IMG/VR virus record: IMGVR_UViG_3300042544_001887
Source: a virus
Lineage: Duplodnaviria > Heunggongvirae > Uroviricota > Caudoviricetes
Strand: one strand, 5' to 3'
DNA: 64,000 bases
Made by a program: the position numbers and the translations under genes. Positions 1-7,147 of the stretch are shown here, one piece after another (within the stretch, counting starts at the first letter, position 1; each line of letters begins with the position of its first letter). The notes under the pieces are model-generated. The model saw only the letters and a program-made list of their open reading frames with translations. It did no database searches and was not told the DNA's origin.

Positions 1-9
1 CTGTGAGTG

Positions 10-300
10 TCAACCGGTAATTGACAGTTCTTTTACCGGTTGCAACAGGCTTGCGTGGACCTTCCACACCGTAGCAGCGTTGCTCTGGCGCACTTGAATG
101 GTCTTGATGTTGACTTTGGTCACAGTGCCAACGACCTGCATCCCGCGAGCAGCAAAGCTAACACGGTCGCCTACTTGGAACGTAGCAGTCTTTTGACGTG
201 CAAGGTAAGTGCGACGCAGCTTGATCGCTTCAACAACACGGTTGAGTTCGTCGTTGTCCATCTTGTGAATCGCAGTGACGGCAGTTGCAAAGTTGTTCAT
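10..300 (-). CDS. Early hypothetical protein with KOW/SH3-like beta module
   Basis: Own promoter and SD (AGAGG); FQVGDRVSF..VGTVTKVNIKT pattern. Confidence 0.75.
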   Translation of the reverse strand: MNNFATAVTAIHKMDNDELNRVVEAIKLRRTYLARQKTATFQVGDRVSFAARGMQVVGTVTKVNIKTIQVRQSNAATVWKVHASLLQPVKELSITG

Positions 301-439
301 CTTGTGGTCCTCTTGTTGCCCTATGTGTTACTTGTAGCACCAATAGACAGGCTCGTCAACAGGAATCTCTTCATCTTCTTCTGCTTGCTTGAGCAGATGC
401 TGTTCAAACTCCAGATATTCTTCCAGTGTCAAATCCATA

Positions 440-628
440 TTATTTCTTCACCCGCACATAAGCTTTGCCAAAGAACGCAGTGAGCACAACCACAGCCAAC
501 CAGTTCCAGAAGGTGTAAGCGATAGCAAAGCCGAACAGCGTGTTCACAGCCCAGATCGCAGCCAAGGGCCACAGTATGATCCAGGTAATCAGGAACACGA
601 CAATTCCGGCCTTGGTTAGATTTTTCAT
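440..628 (-). CDS. Small two-helix membrane protein
   Basis: ATG at 628 after AGGAG; hydrophobic MKNLTKAGIVVFLITWIILWPLAA. Confidence 0.7.
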   Translation of the reverse strand: MKNLTKAGIVVFLITWIILWPLAAIWAVNTLFGFAIAYTFWNWLAVVVLTAFFGKAYVRVKK

Positions 629-638
629 TTCACTTCTC

Positions 639-845
639 CTATTTGACAAAGTATTCACGACGGCTACCTGCGCCATCTGTTTGATTTGTAGGCAGATAAC
701 TGAAGCCTGCATAGCGTCCAGCTTCAAACAATACTGCTTCGATCATGCCGCAAACCGATTCGCGACCATCCGCAGTGCTGCTATCACTGGCAAGATAACT
801 ATTTGCACACTTCAGCACAAATTCGACATCAACAGTTTTACGCAT
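639..845 (-). CDS. Early hypothetical protein
   Basis: Own promoter, SD AGGAGG. Confidence 0.75.
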   Translation of the reverse strand: MRKTVDVEFVLKCANSYLASDSSTADGRESVCGMIEAVLFEAGRYAGFSYLPTNQTDGAGSRREYFVK

Positions 846-912
846 CTTTGCAGCCCTCCTATTGCCCTATGCCGTGTTATAGCATAGGGCATGATTCGGT
901 GTCAACCAGTTA

Positions 913-1326
913 TTAGTCTTCTTCTGTTTCAGTTTCCAGTGCAGTAGAAAGTTCGTAGATGCCGTTGTAGGTGTGAACTTGCCAGACAGCACCAGGAGTG
1001 AACAGGTAGTCGTATTCTTGCCCGTGTTCTGCACGGAACTGACGCCAGTTGTGCTCAGTGCAAGCATCAACATTATGCTCGCCGCGATCACGCCCGTATG
1101 CATTGCACTCGCCATCGGGAGCCGCATCAAAGTCGTGGGCAGTGCCAATCTCAGCACCAAGCGACGAAATGTTGCCAAGAGCAATCAGTTCACGCACCTT
1201 GGCTTCGTCAGCGTAGTGGTCTTGCAGGATTTGACCGTTGTGGCTGAGGTAGCCGTCCCAGTGGCAGTAGATGCCAGAGACAGTGCCGTCAGCGTTCTGG
1301 ATTGCAATAGTCGAACGAGTTCCCAT
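913..1326 (-). CDS. Conserved phage early protein (YCHWDGY family)
   Basis: MGTRSTIAI..IYCHWDGYLSHNG signature; own promoter and SD. Confidence 0.8.
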   Translation of the reverse strand: MGTRSTIAIQNADGTVSGIYCHWDGYLSHNGQILQDHYADEAKVRELIALGNISSLGAEIGTAHDFDAAPDGECNAYGRDRGEHNVDACTEHNWRQFRAEHGQEYDYLFTPGAVWQVHTYNGIYELSTALETETEED

Positions 1327-1379
1327 TGTGTGTATCCCTCTACACAGTGTTGCGTTGTGTGTTAGTTATATGACAAGCC

Positions 1380-1661
1380 TTACGGCTTGTCAACCTTTTC
1401 CGGAAACATTGCTGCGACTTTTTCAACGCCAGCAGCAGTCAGATACAGCACACGATTGCGGGTAGCAGTCTCAACATACACGCAGCCAGCATCGTCGCCG
1501 CGGCCCTGGTTCCAAGTCTGCAGACGCATATCCGGGTTCTTCAGCAGTTGCGTTATAGCCCGTTTGCGAGCCAGCTCACCTTCGTTATAGTTGCCATTGC
1601 AGCCACACATGCAGCCAGGACGACCCGAGTAAGCACGAACAGTATCCATAACAGTCAGCAT
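1380..1661 (-). CDS. Early hypothetical protein (Cys-rich GCMCGCNG)
   Basis: Own promoter, SD GAGGG. Confidence 0.75.
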   Translation of the reverse strand: MLTVMDTVRAYSGRPGCMCGCNGNYNEGELARKRAITQLLKNPDMRLQTWNQGRGDDAGCVYVETATRNRVLYLTAAGVEKVAAMFPEKVDKP

Positions 1662-1712
1662 CTTGTTTCCCTCTTCGTTGCTGTCTATGTGTTAGTTATA
1701 GCAATCATTGAC

Positions 1713-2111
1713 TCAAGCGTCAACCACTTTCTCCATCTCAGCGAGCAGATTTTTCAGAGCAGCGATACGCTCTTGCGTAGGGAAGAAGCGACCCGAGTAG
1801 CTGTAGCCATCATTGAGTTCTTTCTCCATAGCACGAGCAATCCGCACCTGCTCCTTGCGACGAGCTTCACTGTCCTGGATGCTACGCAGTTTGGCGGCAT
1901 GCATCAAGCTAGGACCATAATCGTCCTTGTATGCTGCGCCACGCTTGTTGAACACGAACTCACGATCATCGCTCTGGACAAAGATGTGCCCATGTCCGTT
2001 GATCTTAGTCACAGTGCCAAAGCGGGCAGTCAACAGCGTTCCGCTGTTGCGATGCTGCCGAGCAATACCAACTGTTTCACCAACTGCGGTAACGAAATCA
2101 CCGTATGCCAT
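1713..2111 (-). CDS. Early hypothetical protein
   Basis: Own promoter, SD GAGGG. Confidence 0.75.
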   Translation of the reverse strand: MAYGDFVTAVGETVGIARQHRNSGTLLTARFGTVTKINGHGHIFVQSDDREFVFNKRGAAYKDDYGPSLMHAAKLRSIQDSEARRKEQVRIARAMEKELNDGYSYSGRFFPTQERIAALKNLLAEMEKVVDA

Positions 2112-2176
2112 AGCGTGTATCCCTCTCTGCTATGTTTCTGTCTATGTGTTAGTTATAGCACCAGTACCAAGTGCTG

Positions 2177-2371
2177 TCAAGCAATCTTTTCGCCAGTGCG
2201 TAGATTGTATACAAAGCAGATACCGCCCAGGGCATCACGAACTTTGATAACGTCGTAGAAGCCCTGCTCCTTCATCAATTGGTGAGCAATTTTGCCTTCA
2301 GCGGCGTTGTAAACTGTGGTTACAAAAGTCTCAACTTGATTGCGGATGCCATAAACAGAATAGGAACGCAT
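2177..2371 (-). CDS. Early hypothetical protein
   Basis: Start MRSYSVYG at 2371, downstream of promoter and GGAG. Confidence 0.7.
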   Translation of the reverse strand: MRSYSVYGIRNQVETFVTTVYNAAEGKIAHQLMKEQGFYDVIKVRDALGGICFVYNLRTGEKIA

Positions 2372-2436
2372 AGCCTGTCTCCGTTGTGTTGCTCTACTCC
2401 AATACACTAGCATCAGAGTAGAGCCGTGTCAACCAG

Positions 2437-2904
2437 TTAGGCAAAAGTATAATTTTCTTCTGCTACACCGTTCACAGTGCCGTCCAACGAGCGACCAGTG
2501 CAGACATAAGGCCGGTTCCATTTGCCCACATTGATGTGCAGGTAGTAGGCTGTGTCGAAGTAGTCCGTCATGATGTCCGAACGATCATACCACAGGTTGC
2601 CACACATAGCAGCAGTCAGTTCGCGGAAGAACTGACCAACAGTATTGTCTGCATATTGATCCGGACGATAGGCGTTGGCCTGGTAGTAGTCCTTAACTTC
2701 GTGGAAACGCTGTCCGGTGCGTTCTGCATATTCACGATTGAAACGGTTTGCTTCGCCAATCAGATCCAGCTTGCCAGACTTGATTGTAACAACCAGACTG
2801 GAATAGTTATCTACTGAAATGGACCCTTTCATGCCATACCGCTTGAACACGGCTTTGATAGCCGGTGCCAACTGTGCCTTCTGCTCTTGATTCATGTAAG
2901 CCAT
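2437..2904 (-). CDS. LPD29-like (large polyvalent protein-associated domain) protein
   Basis: C-terminal SDIMTDYFDTAYYLHINVG motif. Confidence 0.6.
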   Translation of the reverse strand: MAYMNQEQKAQLAPAIKAVFKRYGMKGSISVDNYSSLVVTIKSGKLDLIGEANRFNREYAERTGQRFHEVKDYYQANAYRPDQYADNTVGQFFRELTAAMCGNLWYDRSDIMTDYFDTAYYLHINVGKWNRPYVCTGRSLDGTVNGVAEENYTFA

Positions 2905-2968
2905 AACCGTTATCCCTCTTTGCTCGGTTGCGTCTATGTTCTAATTATAGCACCAGCTGACAGTGCTG

Positions 2969-3148
2969 TCAACAGATTTCAACACCTTCTGAGTTGGCAA
3001 AGTCAGTAAACTCGTCTGCTATGTTGTTCAGCTGGTTGTGGAACTCGTAGCAGGCAGCAGGATGCCGCTCGCCCAGCAACGATTGCTGAATTGCATCTGC
3101 TTCATCCAGCAGGTCGATCAACCGCTGCCATTTTTCTTGTTGGGTCAT
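2969..3148 (-). CDS. Early hypothetical protein
   Basis: GGAGG before MTQQEKW; own promoter. Confidence 0.7.
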   Translation of the reverse strand: MTQQEKWQRLIDLLDEADAIQQSLLGERHPAACYEFHNQLNNIADEFTDFANSEGVEIC

Positions 3149-3212
3149 TGTTTCCTCCATTGTGTTGCCCTACTCCACATACATAGCATGTAGAGCAGGG
3201 CAGGTCAACCAG

Positions 3213-3452
3213 TTAGTAGATGAAATCCAACTCGCCGCGGATCACAGAGATCAGGTCGTAACCGTCACGGCTAGGCATATACTCTGCAATCTCTTCCGCA
3301 CTCCAGTCGCTGTGATCGCACTCAGCAGCATAGGCAAGGTCTGCCCACTCGTTGGTATCCATTTGACGTGCATCAACTGCATCGCCCAACTCAACCAACG
3401 TGACCATATAGTCGTCGTCTTGGCCACGCCAGATAACAGTATACAGAGCCAT
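3213..3452 (-). CDS. Acidic early hypothetical protein
   Basis: TAATG coupling with upstream ORF; AGGAG. Confidence 0.7.
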   Translation of the reverse strand: MALYTVIWRGQDDDYMVTLVELGDAVDARQMDTNEWADLAYAAECDHSDWSAEEIAEYMPSRDGYDLISVIRGELDFIY

Positions 3453-3595
3453 TATTCTGTCTCCTCATATGCACCAGCTTCGATGTCAGCTTCGATTTCG
3501 TCTGCAATACCACGCAGGATCATTACAATTTCCTGAGGATCCAGATTGCCTTCATTCAGCAAGTGCTCCACAGTCGCTTGCAGCATCGTGTCCAT
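3452..3595 (-). CDS. Small acidic protein (47 aa, absent from ORF track)
   Basis: MDTMLQATVEHLLNEGNLDPQEIV..; own promoter and AAGGAG. Confidence 0.65.
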   Translation of the reverse strand: MDTMLQATVEHLLNEGNLDPQEIVMILRGIADEIEADIEAGAYEETE

Positions 3596-3656
3596 TGTTT
3601 GCTCCTTGTTGCCCTACTCCACATACATAGCACATGGAGCAGGGCAGGTCAACAGT

Positions 3657-4025
3657 TTATTCAGGAAATTCCAAACGCAGTCGATCCTGCAAACGACGAA
3701 CTTCTTGACGAGCTTGATCCACGGCTTCTGCAAGCATGTCTTCAAGATAACCACCAATGCCCGACTCAATGTCATCAGCAGGATCACAGTTCACAGCATA
3801 GCAAGATCCCAACGACTCAGATCCTACAAGATGCCCTGCATAGAACACTCGAACTCGTGCGATGTAATGAGTGTCAATGCCACGATTGCAACGATCAATC
3901 ATGCTGTCGAGATCTGATACAGTCTCATCAAAGCAATCGCCTAATGCAGCCTGTTCGTAGGTCCAGTCTACAGTTACATCAAACTGATCCTTGCGGAAAC
4001 GCTTGGCTTCGTAGTAATGGTTCAC
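3657..4025 (-). CDS. Early hypothetical protein
   Basis: GTG start after GGAGGG; own promoter. Confidence 0.75.
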   Translation of the reverse strand: MNHYYEAKRFRKDQFDVTVDWTYEQAALGDCFDETVSDLDSMIDRCNRGIDTHYIARVRVFYAGHLVGSESLGSCYAVNCDPADDIESGIGGYLEDMLAEAVDQARQEVRRLQDRLRLEFPE

Positions 4026-4109
4026 AGTGTCCCTCCAGTGTTGCCCTATATCCAGACAATATAATACTGCCTACAGTGTGTCAACTGGAAAAAACTTTCA
4101 AAATCAGTA

Positions 4110-4138
4110 TTGACCACAAGAACAGAATTTGCTATACA
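4110..4138 (+). promoter_or_regulatory. Sigma70 promoter pointing into a non-coding region
   Basis: TTGACC-17-TATACA with extended TG; no credible ORF downstream. Confidence 0.7.
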
Positions 4139-4395
4139 ACAAGTGAGGCCAGGAAAGGTTCACGGACATGAACTGAGTAGGGAACGCGAGGGTCGCCGAA
4201 ATCTGAACCTACGGTTTAATGATTAAACCATACAACCACCAAGTGTATAGTTGAACAGTAAACCACCCAGACTGAGATGGTTTAACGTTAAACTATCAAA
4301 GTGAATCCACCGAGATAACACCACCACCACGGCCACCACCACAGTGGCCAAATCATACAAAATGAAATTCCGGTTTTCGAAATGAGATTAACCTT

Positions 4396-4494
4396 CCGTA
4401 CGGTGGTTATCGGGACGCCGTACGGGGCCGTATGACGTGTCGTTTGAGGCCGTTTGACGTGTCGTTTGAGGCCATATGACGTGGTTTTGAAAGG
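4396..4494. repeat. 22-bp-period repeats (iteron-like)
   Basis: CCGTACGG palindromes at 4396 and 4418; TGACGTGTCGTTTGAGGCC at 4433 and 4455; degenerate copy at 4477. Confidence 0.85.
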
Positions 4495-4703
4495 AAAAAT
4501 TTTAAAGGTCCAAAATCTTATATAAGAATTTTTTCGGTTGAGGCAGGTGATGAGAGGCATAGTGTAAATACTCTCGCCTCATCTTTTGTTTTTTCTCACC
4601 TTTCGGTTTTCTCACCCCATGTTCACGGTTCTATTCTCACAAACAGTTCTTCTATTCTATACAAGTGTTTGATATTGTTAAGTTTTCTTTACAGTATAAA
4701 AGA

Positions 4704-4732
4704 TTGACATTTATCTTTAAATCGTTTATATT
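4704..4732 (+). promoter_or_regulatory. Sigma70 promoter
   Basis: TTGACA-17-TATATT. Confidence 0.7.
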
Positions 4733-4812
4733 AGCGTTATTGATACAGTCTGTTCTAGCAGGATTCGTACCGTAACGCAGTTGCAGTCTGTATTATCTTT
4801 TATGATTGTTCT

Positions 4813-5004
4813 ATGATAGTATGCCAATGTAATAAGCTCACAACAGATCAGATAGTCACAGCTATTCGATCAATATCATCAGCTGGATCACAGCCTACTC
4901 CACAGTCTGTGGTTTCTCATTTGGGTTGCAGTTTCGATTGTGCCAACGATGTGCCATTGATATTGGGTATAACCAAAACGATACAGCGGGGCCGCACTGT
5001 ATAG
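4813..5004 (+). CDS. Bfd-like (bacterioferritin-associated ferredoxin) protein
   Basis: MIVCQCN..I..AI..LGCSFDCAND matches the alphaproteobacterial Bfd pattern; fourth Cys replaced by Asp. Confidence 0.6.
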   Translation: MIVCQCNKLTTDQIVTAIRSISSAGSQPTPQSVVSHLGCSFDCANDVPLILGITKTIQRGRTV

Positions 5005-5132
5005 CGTAGTAGCTATAAAATAATTTTAACCTTGAACAGTAACAGCGGGGCCACACTGCGGCTATATACTATTATGTATAGCGTAGATCAAATAGTCGCT
5101 GTTGCTATCTTTGTTATGATTCTTTTAACTGT

Positions 5133-5444
5133 GTGTATAGGGATCTCTGTATAGTGTATCTCTATATCATCTGTGACAGTTCAGAGTCGGTAGTAAAGAT
5201 CGGATACAGTCGTGATCCGGATTCTCGTTTACGATCATTACAAACAGGTCATCCTCTACCATTGCGTGTATATCATAGTGTATTGGTTTCAGAGGATCGT
5301 GTGCGTTTATTAGAGCGTCAGTTACATGCGGAGATGAATCACTATAGAACTCGCGGGGAGTGGTTTCGTATACCAGCAGGTCAGGCTCGTTTGTTATTAG
5401 ATCACTGTGTAATACGTTGGTCGGATGATCCTCTGCTGGAGTAA
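5133..5444 (+). CDS. GIY-YIG nuclease, T5orf172/MUG113 family
   Basis: YLYII..VKIGYS.DP..RL..LQTG..LE..LH..R.RGEWF. Confidence 0.85.
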   Translation: MYRDLCIVYLYIICDSSESVVKIGYSRDPDSRLRSLQTGHPLPLRVYHSVLVSEDRVRLLERQLHAEMNHYRTRGEWFRIPAGQARLLLDHCVIRWSDDPLLE

Positions 5445-5502
5445 CAGCGGGGCCTTTAGATCCGTTTGTTTTAATAAATATCTAAAACAATTGAGACAGT
5501 GA

Positions 5503-5811
5503 ATGGCATTTACACAGACCACATTAGACATCACTTCGGTGGAGATATTTACTGCTGACCGTACAGTAGCGATCACAGCATTATATTTGGTCAACACCAG
5601 CAGCAGTGCAGTCACGGTCACAGTGTATCTGGTTCCACCTGCTGGGTCGGCCAGTTCCAATCGAATAGTTTATTCAAACCTAAACTGTAATTCTGATGAA
5701 ACAGTTGCAGTGCTCACAGAGCGTATAGTATTAACTGCTGGGGATAGTATCTGGGCTGAGTGTAGCAGTCAGTTTGCTGTGGTAGCCACTGTAGCAAGTG
5801 TAGCAGTATAA
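5503..5811 (+). CDS. Beta-rich phage hypothetical protein
   Basis: AITALYLVNT..ERIVLTAGDSI, a recurrent phage family pattern. Confidence 0.7.
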   Translation: MAFTQTTLDITSVEIFTADRTVAITALYLVNTSSSAVTVTVYLVPPAGSASSNRIVYSNLNCNSDETVAVLTERIVLTAGDSIWAECSSQFAVVATVASVAV

Positions 5812-5814
5812 TTT

Positions 5815-6096
5815 TTAAAATAGCAGGTGTATCACTGTCCAGTCCGATTCAGTGAGTTCATGTTCATCTACGTATACTTCAACAGTAGGGCTATGTCTCG
5901 GATGTGGTCTGAATACAGTAATTCTTTTTTCAATAAAACCAAACTGAGGTGGTGTTAGAGCAGCTCGTAACCACGCATCGTGCTGGTGAGCATTACGTGT
6001 GTTGGGTCGGCGTGTGTATGCTCTTGGTCCTAGGTGACTGAATACGCCACTGCGGCTGTATACCGCTACACTATTGATTTCTGATATCTTACGCAT
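5815..6096 (-). CDS. Hypothetical protein
   Basis: Member of the minus-strand operon 7080-5815. Confidence 0.6.
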   Translation of the reverse strand: MRKISEINSVAVYSRSGVFSHLGPRAYTRRPNTRNAHQHDAWLRAALTPPQFGFIEKRITVFRPHPRHSPTVEVYVDEHELTESDWTVIHLLF

Positions 6097-6134
6097 TGCC
6101 GTTCTCTTAATCTCACAGGGTTAACAGCGGGGCC

Positions 6135-6452
6135 TTACACAGCTAACTGTAGCAGTGTTAGGTGTCGTTCTGAACGTAAGAACAAGCGTTCTTCTACCGT
6201 TTCTTGTATGCTGTTTTTAGATGTATAGCGGCGGTACTGTGAACTCCACGTGCCCTCGGGGTTGCCGTACCGATAATAACGGTCCCCCAGTACTGAACCG
6301 GCTGCACGTTCGTATCGGGTTTTTTCTTGCCAAGGGTGACCCGGTTCAAATGCATTGCTGCTGGCTGGCCAACTCCACATCAGCATCAATTCAAAGCCTG
6401 CTCTGTGCATTCGATATCTACGATCCAGTCGGACTGTTCTATATTGGCTCAT
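6135..6452 (-). CDS. Hypothetical protein
   Basis: ATGA overlap with upstream ORF. Confidence 0.65.
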   Translation of the reverse strand: MSQYRTVRLDRRYRMHRAGFELMLMWSWPASSNAFEPGHPWQEKTRYERAAGSVLGDRYYRYGNPEGTWSSQYRRYTSKNSIQETVEERLFLRSERHLTLLQLAV

Positions 6453-6685
6453 TCCAGTAACTCTCCTGAACTCACTATCAACTGCATAGCAAAACGTTGT
6501 CGCTCTGTCAACTCCGGTAGGTGTATCCAGTATTCACCGTCTGACACGCAGTAGAGGTGGTCGTCTCTCACAAAGTCGGGGTCGATGCCGGAACTGCGTA
6601 ACCATGCAGCTAACTGATCCAACTCACGATCAATCTGTGTGCCTTCGAACTGTGCTATCTCGCCGTAGTATATTCTATAACGCAT
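6449..6685 (-). CDS. Hypothetical protein
   Basis: Likely start MRYRIYYG, coupled by TGATG to upstream ORF. Confidence 0.6.
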   Translation of the reverse strand: MRYRIYYGEIAQFEGTQIDRELDQLAAWLRSSGIDPDFVRDDHLYCVSDGEYWIHLPELTERQRFAMQLIVSSGELLE

Positions 6686-7080
6686 CAGCGGCTCACAAGG
6701 TATAACAAAGCCAAAGCTGCCAGTATCCAAAAGCCCGGGGTCACAGTGCTGCTGGTGTTGCGAGGTCCTCTGCGTCGTTGGCGTTTTTTTGTACCAAATA
6801 GCAGGTTTCTCCAAAACTGTTGTGCTCGTCGGGCTTCTCTACGCCGCTGTGCTTCGGTAGGTGTACTGTTTCTAGAAATGGTCTTAGTGTGAACGAATCC
6901 AGCACCATCACGCCAGGTTTGTGTAATTTTACTACCGGTCTTGGAGTTACTGGTATAGGTAGTGCGAAAGTTTTTACTTCCGTTAGAAACAGAATTGGTA
7001 ATGCTGCTGTTGCTGTTATTAACAGTAGTGGTTCTTCTTGAACCCACGCCGGTTTTTTTAGAAGTTCTCTTGTATGCCAT
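6685..7080 (-). CDS. Basic protein with C-terminal transmembrane anchor
   Basis: K/R/S/T-rich; ends FWILAALALLYLVSR; promoter and GAGG upstream. Confidence 0.7.
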   Translation of the reverse strand: MAYKRTSKKTGVGSRRTTTVNNSNSSITNSVSNGSKNFRTTYTSNSKTGSKITQTWRDGAGFVHTKTISRNSTPTEAQRRREARRAQQFWRNLLFGTKKRQRRRGPRNTSSTVTPGFWILAALALLYLVSR

Positions 7081-7099
7081 TGATGCCTCGTTTGATTGC

Positions 7100-7129
7100 A
7101 GTCTAGCATAAACTGGTCTGGGTTGTCAA
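7100..7129 (-). promoter_or_regulatory. Sigma70 promoter
   Basis: TTGACA-18-TAGACT. Confidence 0.6.
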
Positions 7130-7136
7130 CAGTAGA

Positions 7137-7142
7137 TAAATA
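7137..7142 (+). promoter_or_regulatory. T4-like late promoter box TAAATA (representative copy)
   Basis: Same box just before many genes, e.g. 11034, 16629, 25235, 36896, 41940, 47550, 53063, 57581; resembles the T4 gp55 TATAAATA promoter. Confidence 0.8.
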
Positions 7143-7147
7143 TTCAC

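Larger units (their letters stand above)
3163..3653. repeat. 47-bp direct repeat pair (promoter/leader cassette)
   Basis: 3163-3209 and 3607-3653 are identical at 44 of 47 positions. Confidence 0.95.
331..4084 (-). promoter_or_regulatory. Array of ten sigma70-type early promoters
   Basis: -35 TTGAC(A/G/C) at plus-strand 354-359, 900-905, 1388-1393, 1718-1723, 2175-2180, 2427-2432, 2967-2972, 3203-3208, 3647-3652, 4079-4084. Each is 17 nt (one 18 nt) from a -10 hexamer (TATAAC, TATAAT, TAGTGT, TATGTA etc.), mostly with extended TG. Confidence 0.9.
4983..6134 (+). repeat. Four co-oriented ACAGCGGGGCC motifs
   Basis: 4983-4993, 5042-5052, 5444-5454, 6124-6134; not noticed elsewhere in the window. 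Confidence 0.9.

Noticed and set aside
40-4171. Long plus-strand ORFs (e.g. 1548-2258, 3563-4171)
   Set aside because: Antisense shadows of promoter- and SD-supported minus-strand genes; no recognisable motifs
4433-4494. Possible CRISPR array
   Set aside because: Repeats are separated by only 3 nt, so there are no spacers and no cas operon
4288-4560. 90-aa minus-strand ORF
   Set aside because: Runs through repeats and CCA runs (poly-W), with no SD; the region reads as non-coding
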